Below, in pieces: positions 10,112 through 20,002 of a stretch of 62,886 nucleotides of DNA. The first letter of the stretch is position 1; every line of letters starts with the position of its first letter. Position numbers and translations under genes: made by a program. The notes under the pieces were generated by a model. That model was not told the origin of the DNA, searched no databases, and saw only the letters and a list, made by a program, of their open reading frames with translations. The stretch comes from a virus (taxonomy: Duplodnaviria > Caudoviricetes), in the IMG/VR virus record IMGVR_UViG_3300017971_003303, positions 1-62,886 of that record; one strand, written 5' to 3'.

Positions 10112-10982
10112 TATAAAATTGTCTCCCTTTATCTATATACTTTTTCCAAGCAGATGTATTTTTTTTATAAAAATCTACCATTATATCTATACCATCAATT
10201 ATACTAACTTTTGGTTTAAACCCTTTATTTTGTATATCTGTTATATCTACATTTACATTCTGTGGTTGTGCCTTTTCTTCTGGTAATACTTTTATTTTTG
10301 ATTTTGATTTTGTCTTTTGTATGATGTAATTAGCTAACGCTATAAGTTTTACTTCTTCATCACCACTAATGTTATAAATTTTATTCCATTCTCCTTTCAT
10401 ACTTAATATTACTCCATCTACAAAATCGTCAATGTATGTGAAATCAAGTGTTTTTTCATCATCACCGTACAATCTTATGTCCTCATTTTTGAATGAAGCA
10501 CATAACCAGTTATTTATTAATCTAGATGTTTCATCAAACATAGGACCGTAAACTGTTGATGGTCTAATAATAATATATTTTAATCCATAACAATTAGCAT
10601 AAGCTTTTGTTAGTTCCTCAGTATATATCTTACTAGCTACATATGGATTCCTTTCTTTACTGAGAACTCTTGATGTTGATGCAACAATTATTTTTGGTAT
10701 TTTGTTTCTTTTACAAAATTCTAGTACAGCTAGTATACCATCAACATTATTTTTATGAGGTAAAAAAGGATTACTAATTGCCTCATTAATTTTACATTGT
10801 GCTGCAAAATGAAAAAATACATCTATTTTGTCCTTTATTTTATACTCCTTAAACATTAAATCGGATATATCAAAACCTTCCCTTTTATCTATTGCCATTA
10901 CACATTTATGACCTTCTTTGTCTAGTCTTTCTTTTAGGAATGTACCTATTAAACCCTTATTTCCTGTTATTGCGTAATTCAT
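10104..10982 (-). CDS. NAD-dependent nucleotide-sugar epimerase/dehydratase (extended SDR)
   Basis: TGNKGLIG, HFAA, YVASK catalytic motif, RPSTVYGP, DFTYIDD. Confidence 0.9.
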   Translation of the reverse strand: MNYAITGNKGLIGTFLKERLDKEGHKCVMAIDKREGFDISDLMFKEYKIKDKIDVFFHFAAQCKINEAISNPFLPHKNNVDGILAVLEFCKRNKIPKIIVASTSRVLSKERNPYVASKIYTEELTKAYANCYGLKYIIIRPSTVYGPMFDETSRLINNWLCASFKNEDIRLYGDDEKTLDFTYIDDFVDGVILSMKGEWNKIYNISGDEEVKLIALANYIIQKTKSKSKIKVLPEEKAQPQNVNVDITDIQNKGFKPKVSIIDGIDIMVDFYKKNTSAWKKYIDKGRQFYNG

Positions 10983-11362
10983 TTTAAATCTGATGCATGT
11001 ATTTTATATTTAAGTGGTATTATCATTATTTTTCCTCCATAACTCTCTACGTATTTTTTTTCTTGTTGATTTATAGTGTTCATATTATAATCTCCTCCTT
11101 TGACATAGATATCTGGTTTTAATTCTATTATTTTTTTTAGATGGTTTTCCGAAATTATGACTTTATCTACATAACTTATACTCTCTATAATTTCTTTTCT
11201 TTGTTGTTGTGTGAATACAGGTTTCCTCTTTTTTTCTCTTATAAATTGTTTATCAGATGTTATGCTTACTATGAGATATCCTAATTTTTTTGCTTCCTTT
11301 AAATATTGAATATGTCCAGGATGTATTATATCAAAACATCCACAAGTAAATACACTCTTCAT
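10979..11362 (-). CDS. hldC: Heptose-1-phosphate nucleotidyltransferase-like (HldC / RfaE domain II; cytidylyltransferase superfamily)
   Basis: GCFDIIHPGH, KPDIYVKGGDY; adjacent to an HldA-type kinase. Confidence 0.75.
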   Translation of the reverse strand: MKSVFTCGCFDIIHPGHIQYLKEAKKLGYLIVSITSDKQFIREKKRKPVFTQQQRKEIIESISYVDKVIISENHLKKIIELKPDIYVKGGDYNMNTINQQEKKYVESYGGKIMIIPLKYKIHASDLK

Positions 11363-12201
11363 GGTCCTAGTTCCTCCCCACTAACTTGATACTGACCTCT
11401 ATGTGCACAAACTATTCCAGCAGCTTTATTTGCGTAAGGTATAGACTCATCCAAACTATATCCTTTACTTAACATAAGAGTTAATACACTAACAACCATA
11501 TCTCCTGCTCCTAAGACATCATAAACTTCTATTGCATTTGTCGGGAAATGCTTAGAATAGTTACGTCTAAATAATGTCATACCATTCCTACCTTGAGTAA
11601 CTATCACATTTTCAGACATTAATAATAGTGATTGTGCTATCTTTTCTAATTCACTTTCACCTGTTAAATTAATTGCTTCTTTTATTGTTGGCGTTAAAAT
11701 ATAGGAACCAGTATAATCTAATTTTTTTGGGTCAACAATAAGTGGTACATCTAACTTTAAAAGCCCTTCAAAAAATCTTTGTGTTATATCTCCTTTAGCA
11801 TAGTCCGAAACTACAATAAATTTTGGTGCTAATTCTCTAATATCACTTAACATGTTATCTATATATTCGTTTTTGTGTATAACTTCATCGTCTAGTCTTA
11901 ATATACCATTTACTCTAGTCTTATGTGTTGTTTTTGGTCTTTCATATAAAAATGCAGGAACTCTATTACTGTCAAGTAATTGTCTTACGATATCACCAGC
12001 ATTATCATTACCAATTGTACCAAATAAACATACATCCCCTCCGAGTGTTTTTATATTATTTGCTACATTAGCAGAAGCACCTAATTGATTTACTGTTTCT
12101 TCTATTCCAATAACAGGCACTTCCTCATTACCAATTTTAGTATACGGACCATTAACTTGTGTATCCAAAATTATATCTCCAACTACTACAATATTACTCA
12201 T
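11359..12201 (-). CDS. hldA: Heptose-7-phosphate kinase (HldA / RfaE domain I, PfkB family)
   Basis: VVGDIILD, ANVANNI, KTR, RLD.E, SDYAKG, VDPK, DVLGAGD. Confidence 0.88.
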   Translation of the reverse strand: MSNIVVVGDIILDTQVNGPYTKIGNEEVPVIGIEETVNQLGASANVANNIKTLGGDVCLFGTIGNDNAGDIVRQLLDSNRVPAFLYERPKTTHKTRVNGILRLDDEVIHKNEYIDNMLSDIRELAPKFIVVSDYAKGDITQRFFEGLLKLDVPLIVDPKKLDYTGSYILTPTIKEAINLTGESELEKIAQSLLLMSENVIVTQGRNGMTLFRRNYSKHFPTNAIEVYDVLGAGDMVVSVLTLMLSKGYSLDESIPYANKAAGIVCAHRGQYQVSGEELGP

Positions 12202-12731
12202 TTTAAAATCATATAAGCTATATTTACATTCTTTACAGTGTAAATTTCCTTACCCCTTTCAATTAATTCATTAATATATTTCTTTACATATGGACTATCA
12301 ATATAATCATGCCATACTATAACTTTTGGATTTAATTTAAATGCAAACTCAGTATCACCTTTAACATCATCATAAAAGTGTTCACCATCAATAAATACTA
12401 AATCGTAATTCTCATTATCTTGTATAATGTAATTCCTACTATTACATATCTTTATTTTAGCATTGGTTTTCCTACAATAGACACCTGTAGTTTTATCTTC
12501 ATTAAAATCATTGGTATCTTTGTCTATACTTTTTATATTAGTTATATTAGGATGTAACCACATTAACAATGTAGCATAACCTAGCCAAGTTCCTATTTCA
12601 AAAACAGACTTTAATTTATATTTGTTTATAAGTTCTATTAAAACTATATGTTCAGGTTTTTTACTAGTCCATTCATCTTTTGGATGTGGATACTTTTGAT
12701 AGAACCATTCAACGTATTTTTTGGATTTCAT
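12198..12731 (-). CDS. Class I SAM methyltransferase (Methyltransf_24-like)
   Basis: FEIGTWLGY, DLVFIDGEH, VWHDY. Confidence 0.85.
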   Translation of the reverse strand: MKSKKYVEWFYQKYPHPKDEWTSKKPEHIVLIELINKYKLKSVFEIGTWLGYATLLMWLHPNITNIKSIDKDTNDFNEDKTTGVYCRKTNAKIKICNSRNYIIQDNENYDLVFIDGEHFYDDVKGDTEFAFKLNPKVIVWHDYIDSPYVKKYINELIERGKEIYTVKNVNIAYMILK

Positions 12732-13203
12732 TTTTGGGAGCTTTCTTTAAGTACATAAATACTGGTCTTTTATGTTTAAACATATTCCTTGTCATTCGTA
12801 AAGTTTCTTTAATTGACTCTGGTTTTAGTAATTCAATTTTGAGTGCCTTACATAGTAAATCTAAATTACTAGTTACATGTGTTGGTCCTAAATCTGGATA
12901 ATCACCATAACTAACTAATTTAACATTTTGTTTTTGTTGCATAATGTTTAATTTAATAGATTCATAGGGTCTTTCTAAAAGAAATGGTGTAATTGTATAA
13001 ACTATTGGTATAAATCCTTCTTGAGCCATACCAGCAGCCATACCAATTGTCGCTTGTTCCGCAATACCAGTATTTATTAAATGGTCTGGTGTTTCTTCTT
13101 TTAACGTATTAAAAACGCCAAAACCTATATCTGCACATAAGACATAAATCCTAGGATTTTTTTTAATCAATTCAACCATTAATTTTCCAAACGAATATCT
13201 CAT
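12709..13203 (-). CDS. Transketolase, pyrimidine-binding subunit (split enzyme)
   Basis: INTGIAEQATIGMAAGMA, RPYESIK, GPTH. Confidence 0.9.
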   Translation of the reverse strand: MRYSFGKLMVELIKKNPRIYVLCADIGFGVFNTLKEETPDHLINTGIAEQATIGMAAGMAQEGFIPIVYTITPFLLERPYESIKLNIMQQKQNVKLVSYGDYPDLGPTHVTSNLDLLCKALKIELLKPESIKETLRMTRNMFKHKRPVFMYLKKAPKNEIQKIR

Positions 13204-13928
13204 TTTAAATATTTTAATGCCTCCTCCATTACTTCTGGTCTTTCATGTAAGTAAATTACATGATATGTAGGATTTTTATGTAGGAATGGAATACCATAAC
13301 CTTTAATAGTATCAAAAATAACTACATTTAAACCTTTTTTTAATTTTTTCATTTTTGAAAGTCCTTTTATTGTATGTCCATTAGCTCTAGTTACATTATA
13401 TCCAAATGCTTCAAACTTTTTTTTCATTGTTTTATAGTCTTCATTCATTATTTTTTTAATAGAGTCTATCGCTTGATACTTGTTCCAATCCACCAAAATT
13501 ATCAAATTATCTATATTAAACTTATTTGCTATATTAAGACATTCCCAAATCATTCCCTCTTGCAATTCACCATCGCCAATTAAACAATAAACTTTAGTAT
13601 TGTCCTTTTTTAAATATTTTCTTGCATATGCTCTTCCTAAAGCTATAGATAATCCATGACCTAAAGAACCACCAGTAGCCATTATTCCTTGTTTCTCATT
13701 GTACTCAATATGAATTGTCCATGGTGGTTTTATTCCCTTAGTTTCTAAAACTACATGTAATGCAGGTGCACCATGACCTTTACTCATTATAAAAATGTCG
13801 TCCTCCTTCTTAACATTATCATATAAATATTTAACTATATCTACACAAGACATACTACTTCCATAATGCCCATGTTTTCTTTTAAATCCTTCAGTAATAA
13901 TTCTCCTTCTTAAATTTTTATTTAGCAT
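13200..13928 (-). CDS. Transketolase, N-terminal ThDP-binding subunit
   Basis: GHYGSSMS, SKGHG, GSLGHGL, GDGELQEG, TIKGYG. Confidence 0.92.
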   Translation of the reverse strand: MLNKNLRRRIITEGFKRKHGHYGSSMSCVDIVKYLYDNVKKEDDIFIMSKGHGAPALHVVLETKGIKPPWTIHIEYNEKQGIMATGGSLGHGLSIALGRAYARKYLKKDNTKVYCLIGDGELQEGMIWECLNIANKFNIDNLIILVDWNKYQAIDSIKKIMNEDYKTMKKKFEAFGYNVTRANGHTIKGLSKMKKLKKGLNVVIFDTIKGYGIPFLHKNPTYHVIYLHERPEVMEEALKYLK

Positions 13929-13952
13929 TTTGTCCTCCTTTCATTGATAGTT

Positions 13953-15032
13953 TCATATAAAATTAACTCCACTAGGTTTATGTATATAATCCCATATAAA
14001 TTCGTTTATTTTATCATGTCTACAACAACCAGCACATTCTTTATGTACATTAAAATTATTAATCATTCTATCAACAATTTTCCAATATCTATCACTTTTT
14101 AATATTTCACCTAAACTTTGTTCGTTCAAATCTCCATAACAAAATTCTTCATTTCCAAATAAATAACCACATGGGTAACATTTACCATTACCACTAACTT
14201 GAAATAATAATGGTACATCTACACATCTATCATATGGTCTACGTTTACCTATTTTCATAAATTCCCATTTTACTACTATTGACGTATCATTAGTTGACAT
14301 TGATTCACACTTTTTTAGTACTTCAATTATTTCTGGTTTTTCATAGTCATTAACATCAAAAGATACATCACAAACGCTATTATCATCAGGTAAACTACAT
14401 TGCTTTATTAGAAAATAATCTACACCTAAATTAATTGCCAACTTACTTTCTTCAATCATTTCTTTGTCCATTAATCCCGGAACATAAACTGCTTGTAATC
14501 CTATATCACAAGTATATCCTTTTTTCCTCTTGATTTCTACTGCTCTTCTTATATTTTTAACTACTATATCAAACGCAGGTATTCTGTGTATTTTTCTATA
14601 ACCCTCACTAGTTCCTGCTGACAAATTAAATCTCATCCAAGTACAATTTCTCAATACGCAATCTATTTTTTCATCTGTATTTAATAGTACTCCATTAGTT
14701 GAAAAGGCCATATCCAATCCACCTTTTTTTCCTAAATTCATTGCATCGTAAATATGTGGATTTAATGTTGGTTCACCATCGCCTATAATTTCTATTGCCT
14801 TTACACCTAGCTTAGGAGCATCTTTAAATAATTTTAATAGCGGTTTTCTATCTATACTTGAACGTTGGTCTTTACCTTGAAATGTTCCATAACAATAAAT
14901 ACAATTAGCATTACACATTTTAGTGGCACCAATATTAATCAATAATGGTGCAACCTTTTTTCCTTTATCATAGTAATCTATAACTCTATCCATATGCCAA
15001 AGTATCTTAGTACTATCCATTAATCTTTTCAT
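13953..15032 (-). CDS. Radical SAM protein with SPASM/twitch domain
   Basis: CNANCIYC, GDGEPTL, C-terminal C...GKCYPC...GDL...CAGC; start placed at ATG 15032. Confidence 0.88.
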   Translation of the reverse strand: MKRLMDSTKILWHMDRVIDYYDKGKKVAPLLINIGATKMCNANCIYCYGTFQGKDQRSSIDRKPLLKLFKDAPKLGVKAIEIIGDGEPTLNPHIYDAMNLGKKGGLDMAFSTNGVLLNTDEKIDCVLRNCTWMRFNLSAGTSEGYRKIHRIPAFDIVVKNIRRAVEIKRKKGYTCDIGLQAVYVPGLMDKEMIEESKLAINLGVDYFLIKQCSLPDDNSVCDVSFDVNDYEKPEIIEVLKKCESMSTNDTSIVVKWEFMKIGKRRPYDRCVDVPLLFQVSGNGKCYPCGYLFGNEEFCYGDLNEQSLGEILKSDRYWKIVDRMINNFNVHKECAGCCRHDKINEFIWDYIHKPSGVNFI

Positions 15033-15627
15033 TATATAAACCTGTAAACCTCCCTTTAGTGTCACAAAATTTTAACCATTCCTCTAAACTTAAATAATCT
15101 ACAGAACTAACCCATCCCATTTTTTCCGCTCTCCATGGTTTAATTGGCCTAGCATATTCATTACAAGGTATTTTCCATTTTCTCCCATACTCTAATTCCA
15201 AGTATTTTTCAACTGGTTTAGGAACTTTAAATTCTTTACCTTTAAATTCTACTACATCAAATTCTTTTATGAATGGTTCAATATCCTCTGTAAATTGGAA
15301 CCAAACATCTAATAGAATACCATACTTATAAAAATGATGGTTAAGTTCCCATCCTGGATTTTTAAAATATGGTCCAGCTTTAAATCCATTTTTCATTAAA
15401 GCATCAAATAATTTTATTAAATTGTCTCTACTCGTTTTTACACCTATATCTAAATCTATTATCTTACCATTATCCCCAAATTTTTCTGTGTTACCATCCC
15501 TATAAATTGTTAAACATGTACCAAATACTAAAAAGAATTCTATATCTAATTTGTCACAAATTTCCTTAAACTCAAATAAGGATGTATAATCCAAATTTTC
15601 TACTTGTGGTTTTAGTTTTGGTTTCAT
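15013..15627 (-). CDS. LicD-family nucleotidyl/phosphotransferase
   Basis: FFLVFGTCL..YRD, DLDIG, LDVW, YLELEYG..WKIP. Confidence 0.8.
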   Translation of the reverse strand: MKPKLKPQVENLDYTSLFEFKEICDKLDIEFFLVFGTCLTIYRDGNTEKFGDNGKIIDLDIGVKTSRDNLIKLFDALMKNGFKAGPYFKNPGWELNHHFYKYGILLDVWFQFTEDIEPFIKEFDVVEFKGKEFKVPKPVEKYLELEYGRKWKIPCNEYARPIKPWRAEKMGWVSSVDYLSLEEWLKFCDTKGRFTGLYNEKING

Positions 15628-16364
15628 TTTTTGCCTGTTATAATACTAATTTTTAAATCTATAAAGCAATCGTTATCTGTAACAACCATATTGTAGTCTT
15701 TCTTGAAATAATCTTTTGCATTGACATGTAAATTATAAATTCTGTCTTTTTCTTTTTGTGACAAAACATGATTTTTTAACCATTTCTTTATACTAAATTT
15801 TTTTATAGTTATATTTTTAACTTTTATATTTTTAAATCCACTTCTTTTCATAAGTTTTACTAAATCATCATCGTAACAAACAACTCTATCCAATTTATTT
15901 TTAAAGATATTTTTAAAATCTGATTTTACTCTTTTTGAAGGTGGGACTCCTTCAACTATAATTATTGTACCACCTTTCTTAAGTGTTTTATAGCATATAT
16001 CCATTGCCTTTTGTTGTTTTGATACAATGTAATGGAAAACATATCTACATGTAATTTTATCAAAACTATTTTCAATAAATATGTCATTAAGTATATCATT
16101 ATTTATATATAAAATATTATTCATTGGTTTACATTTAAAAATCATATCACTAGATTTATCAATACCTACAACTTGTTTCACTTTGTTGGCTACAAGATTC
16201 GATATTATTCCTGTACCAGAACCTACATCCAAAACAATGTCATTTTTATTAAATTTTCCAATACTCAGAATTGATTTTAAAACTGATTTATTCTTTGTTC
16301 TTTGTTTATCATCATAATTTTCCGCTCTACTCTTCCAATAGTTTTTAGATGTTTTAATTGTCAT
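15624..16364 (-). CDS. Class I SAM methyltransferase
   Basis: VLDVGSGTG, GIDKS, FD.ITCRYVFH, LKKGG. Confidence 0.9.
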   Translation of the reverse strand: MTIKTSKNYWKSRAENYDDKQRTKNKSVLKSILSIGKFNKNDIVLDVGSGTGIISNLVANKVKQVVGIDKSSDMIFKCKPMNNILYINNDILNDIFIENSFDKITCRYVFHYIVSKQQKAMDICYKTLKKGGTIIIVEGVPPSKRVKSDFKNIFKNKLDRVVCYDDDLVKLMKRSGFKNIKVKNITIKKFSIKKWLKNHVLSQKEKDRIYNLHVNAKDYFKKDYNMVVTDNDCFIDLKISIITGKK

Positions 16365-17076
16365 GTTTCATAGCCTCTTTAATTTTATTAATATCTATAT
16401 TCTTTTGTGTTTGTTCATAAATTATAGTTGACATTTGACCATGTTTTACTTCTTCATCACTATAAATGAATTTATGATTTTCATCACTATCAAAATAACC
16501 CCAATTAACTGACCTATGGTCTATAACATTACCTTCAATGTAAAAAAATAATCCAATACCTTCTCCCACAGCTATAAAATAAGGTTCTAAACTATACTGT
16601 CTTAGTCTTGGATATACATAATAACCTAATGTACGAACAATTTTTCCGGATACCACTTCTGCATTAGGATAGCTTCTACCATCAATCCCTTTACAATAAG
16701 ATATTCCCCAACCATTATTTTTGTCTAATGGGTCCAACATTAACTTGTCCCAACCCTTAATTAAATAATAATGGTCATCGTTTATATTTTGATAATAAGG
16801 TATATTAGGATATACATTTGTTGATATATAATTTAAAGCGTCTACCATAAAAAACTTATCATCTCCATAAATGACATTTCTTCCTTTTAACACTTTTTTA
16901 TACTCTTTTAAATATGGGTCGCCAGTCCAAACATAGAAAATAATTTCTGTTCCATCCGATTTTGTCTTGTCAAATGATTCTAATAACTCTACTACTTTAT
17001 GAGGTCTTTTTCTAGTACAGCATATCGAAAGTAATTTAGCTTCCTTTACTTTGTTATCATTAACTTGTATTTCCAT
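16354..17076 (-). CDS. Putative glycosyltransferase (GT-A fold)
   Basis: TRKRP, NDD motif followed by GWD; within the glycan cluster. Confidence 0.6.
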   Translation of the reverse strand: MEIQVNDNKVKEAKLLSICCTRKRPHKVVELLESFDKTKSDGTEIIFYVWTGDPYLKEYKKVLKGRNVIYGDDKFFMVDALNYISTNVYPNIPYYQNINDDHYYLIKGWDKLMLDPLDKNNGWGISYCKGIDGRSYPNAEVVSGKIVRTLGYYVYPRLRQYSLEPYFIAVGEGIGLFFYIEGNVIDHRSVNWGYFDSDENHKFIYSDEEVKHGQMSTIIYEQTQKNIDINKIKEAMKHDN

Positions 17077-18058
17077 TTTTATTATAATAATTTAATATGT
17101 CTTTCTTTATTTTTTCCAAGTTATTTTCTTTTGCATTATACAATCTCCATAGTGATTTGTCTTTTGTAATAGCATTAAAAAACCATGTTCTTTCCCACCT
17201 TGGATGATTACAAATAGTTAACTTATCCTTTTGTTGCTGGTATAATTTTATAGATGTAAAACCACTATCATTACCTAACATAACTTTACATTTATCTATT
17301 AAGTAAGCCATTTCCTCAAAGTATAAAATATTGTCCCCCATTAAATTGATAAATTTTCCTTTGTAACTTCCATCATCAACCCCCATTAATATAGGTTTTA
17401 TGTCATTGGAATTACAAAATTCTATTATGTCATTAAAGAAATTATCACCTTCTTTATGTGCATCTCCTTCTTCTTTCTTCCTCACATGTATTAATACATG
17501 TTTTTTATTAGTTTTTAATATGTCATCTATGAACTCTCTTATTATTCTAGTAGGTTTAAATACAAAAGTATTTCTATCATTACTAACTCTTACATACTTA
17601 TTTTTATCCCAGTCCCACATTAATATACATTCAGTACATAGAGCATCTATGAATAATGTTTTTTCGTCTACATTTTGTCCTACAAATTTTCTTAGTAGTG
17701 GGGGCCTCCAAAACATAAATTCATCTAAAAATTTATTTGCTTCTTCCTGACTCAACTCTTCTGTTGTATCGTCAAATATTTCTCCATTTTTATCTAACCA
17801 AAAGTCTCTATTAAGTGATGGTGATATTTCTATGACATTTGGAGTTAATTTTCTTATCATATCTAATGACATCCTCTCTATTGTATGAGGATAATTCCTA
17901 AAATAATATACACTATCAGTAAACACTATAGTATTGAATTTTGAAATTTTGTATTCCTCCTGTATTTTCTTAGTAGCACAAATTGCAGGCCAAACATCAC
18001 CAAGTCCACCCCTAATGTATACTACCATCTTATCTATTTTATTTTTATCCAAATCCAT
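17060..18058 (-). CDS. GT9-like glycosyltransferase (ADP-heptose heptosyltransferase family)
   Basis: N-terminal RGGLGD and C-terminal LIDKCKVMLGNDSG, both GT9-type signatures. Confidence 0.7.
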   Translation of the reverse strand: MDLDKNKIDKMVVYIRGGLGDVWPAICATKKIQEEYKISKFNTIVFTDSVYYFRNYPHTIERMSLDMIRKLTPNVIEISPSLNRDFWLDKNGEIFDDTTEELSQEEANKFLDEFMFWRPPLLRKFVGQNVDEKTLFIDALCTECILMWDWDKNKYVRVSNDRNTFVFKPTRIIREFIDDILKTNKKHVLIHVRKKEEGDAHKEGDNFFNDIIEFCNSNDIKPILMGVDDGSYKGKFINLMGDNILYFEEMAYLIDKCKVMLGNDSGFTSIKLYQQQKDKLTICNHPRWERTWFFNAITKDKSLWRLYNAKENNLEKIKKDILNYYNKNGNTS

Positions 18059-18740
18059 TCATTCCCTCCCATTTTTTTATTACTATTTTACTCTCATCTT
18101 CCTCTAACCATGTTGTTTCTTGTTCTGCTAAATCTTTAAAGCCTAATGTTTTATACAATTTTCTTTTTTCTTGTCTCAATTTTTTTGTCATATGACCGTA
18201 ATGATGTATTGGTACAAAATATATGTCTCCTGATTTACAATTATGAGGTATGGACGACCCATGAATATCCATTTCATTAAATTTAAAATGTGAAAGTACT
18301 TTATATATTTTATGGACTAATCTAGCATGTTTTAAATTTCCATCCATGTCTTTTACCATTACATAGTGATTTTTATCTCCTCTCATTTCAAATAATGGAC
18401 AACCAATACTTTCGTCCCTCCAATTTAATAGGATACTTAAAAATTCGTTCTTATTTATTTCTGGTACATGTTCATCTATATCTAAATTCCATATCCATTG
18501 ACAATTTTCCTCCCTTGCCATTTGTAATATTTTTTGATAATCTCTACTTTGATTTCTAGGAAGGTTTTGTACAAGATACCTTTTAGTATACTTATGATTA
18601 ATCAATTTTTGTCTTACTTCTTCATCTGCTCCATTATCCACAACAAATACGTCATTTACAGGTAATATCTCTAAGTTACTTAACCATTCATCTATAAATT
18701 GTTTTCCTCCTTTGACTACTAATCCTATTCCTATTTTCAT
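18045..18740 (-). CDS. Glycosyltransferase, GT2-like
   Basis: VVDNGAD, WIWNLDIDE, IHHYG. Confidence 0.8.
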   Translation of the reverse strand: MKIGIGLVVKGGKQFIDEWLSNLEILPVNDVFVVDNGADEEVRQKLINHKYTKRYLVQNLPRNQSRDYQKILQMAREENCQWIWNLDIDEHVPEINKNEFLSILLNWRDESIGCPLFEMRGDKNHYVMVKDMDGNLKHARLVHKIYKVLSHFKFNEMDIHGSSIPHNCKSGDIYFVPIHHYGHMTKKLRQEKRKLYKTLGFKDLAEQETTWLEEDESKIVIKKWEGMNGFG

Positions 18741-20002
18741 TTTGATTCACCTATTAATATTTGATTGTTGTACATCCAATTACTAGGGCTATCTGTAATT
18801 TTAAAATATTTTGTTAATTTACTTAACCACCAATCTTTACTTCTTTTAATTTTATGTGTAGGGTCTGCATGTAAATTAGGATTACCTTCAAAAGGTATGG
18901 AGAAAATAAAACTATTAGCTTTATTATAAATGGATTTTAAAACATTATCTAATTTGTCCTCATCAACGTGTTCCAATATATCTATACATAAAATTAAATC
19001 CCATGTATCATTATGTATTGTTTTATTATTAAATTTTGTTATGTCACTAACTTCTATATTTATATCATATGGACTATTTTTAGTTGCCCACTCACTTTTA
19101 TCAATACCTAAATACGTACATCCAAAAAATTCTTGAAATACATATCCATAATGTCCCACACCACAACCCAAATCCAAAACAGATTTTGGTTTAAACTTTT
19201 TATACCATTCGTTTACCATTAAAAAATGTTTTGTTTCTATACTTTTCCTATTCATGAAATATATTTCGTCCCTATCAATTCCAAAATTATTCAAAATAAC
19301 ATCAGGAATCTCCAAAATATTAAATTGTTTTTTAGGATACATACCAAAAATATGACCAAAGTACCAGTTCCTTAAATAATCTTTAGTATGCATATTTGAT
19401 TTTTTTGTATGATTTTTATATTTTTTATTTATATTAAAAACATTTGATATATAAGATAAATGCCATATTGTACCTGACTGTATTTGTCCAGATAATTTAT
19501 TACTTTCAGTTGATTGTAGTATTGGATGTTCAACTTCTGGATAAAATAAATCCTCTGTAACTTTGAATAATCTATGTGGGACAAAATGTATATCATGTGT
19601 TGAATCTTCATGTCCTAAGTCACCAATAAAATGTCTCATTCTTACACTCCATAATATTTTGTGTTGATTTTTTGGTACATTATTTATGAACGTTCTTATA
19701 TCGTCTAATTTATCAATAACTTCGTCTGCATCAAGAACTAAACACCACCAACCCAAATAATTCTCTTTAATATAGTCTAAATAAAAGTTTCTTTGTTTAC
19801 CATTCATTCCTAAGTCTTCTTGATTATAATTTTGAAATATCGGTTGTACATTTTGTTCAAAATTTGAAACTATAACATTAGTATCATCAGTACTTCCACC
19901 ATCACAATAAACTATGTCATCAGCATCTTTAACTGATTCTAAAGACATACCAATAAATTTTTCACAATTTTGTCCCATAATAACGACTACGAGTTTTTCC
20001 AT
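18737..20002 (-). CDS. GT2 glycosyltransferase fused to a SAM methyltransferase
   Basis: DGGSTDDT, LVLDADE, VEH; C-terminal VLDLGCGVG, DILEHV, DPTH. Confidence 0.88.
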   Translation of the reverse strand: MEKLVVVIMGQNCEKFIGMSLESVKDADDIVYCDGGSTDDTNVIVSNFEQNVQPIFQNYNQEDLGMNGKQRNFYLDYIKENYLGWWCLVLDADEVIDKLDDIRTFINNVPKNQHKILWSVRMRHFIGDLGHEDSTHDIHFVPHRLFKVTEDLFYPEVEHPILQSTESNKLSGQIQSGTIWHLSYISNVFNINKKYKNHTKKSNMHTKDYLRNWYFGHIFGMYPKKQFNILEIPDVILNNFGIDRDEIYFMNRKSIETKHFLMVNEWYKKFKPKSVLDLGCGVGHYGYVFQEFFGCTYLGIDKSEWATKNSPYDINIEVSDITKFNNKTIHNDTWDLILCIDILEHVDEDKLDNVLKSIYNKANSFIFSIPFEGNPNLHADPTHKIKRSKDWWLSKLTKYFKITDSPSNWMYNNQILIGESK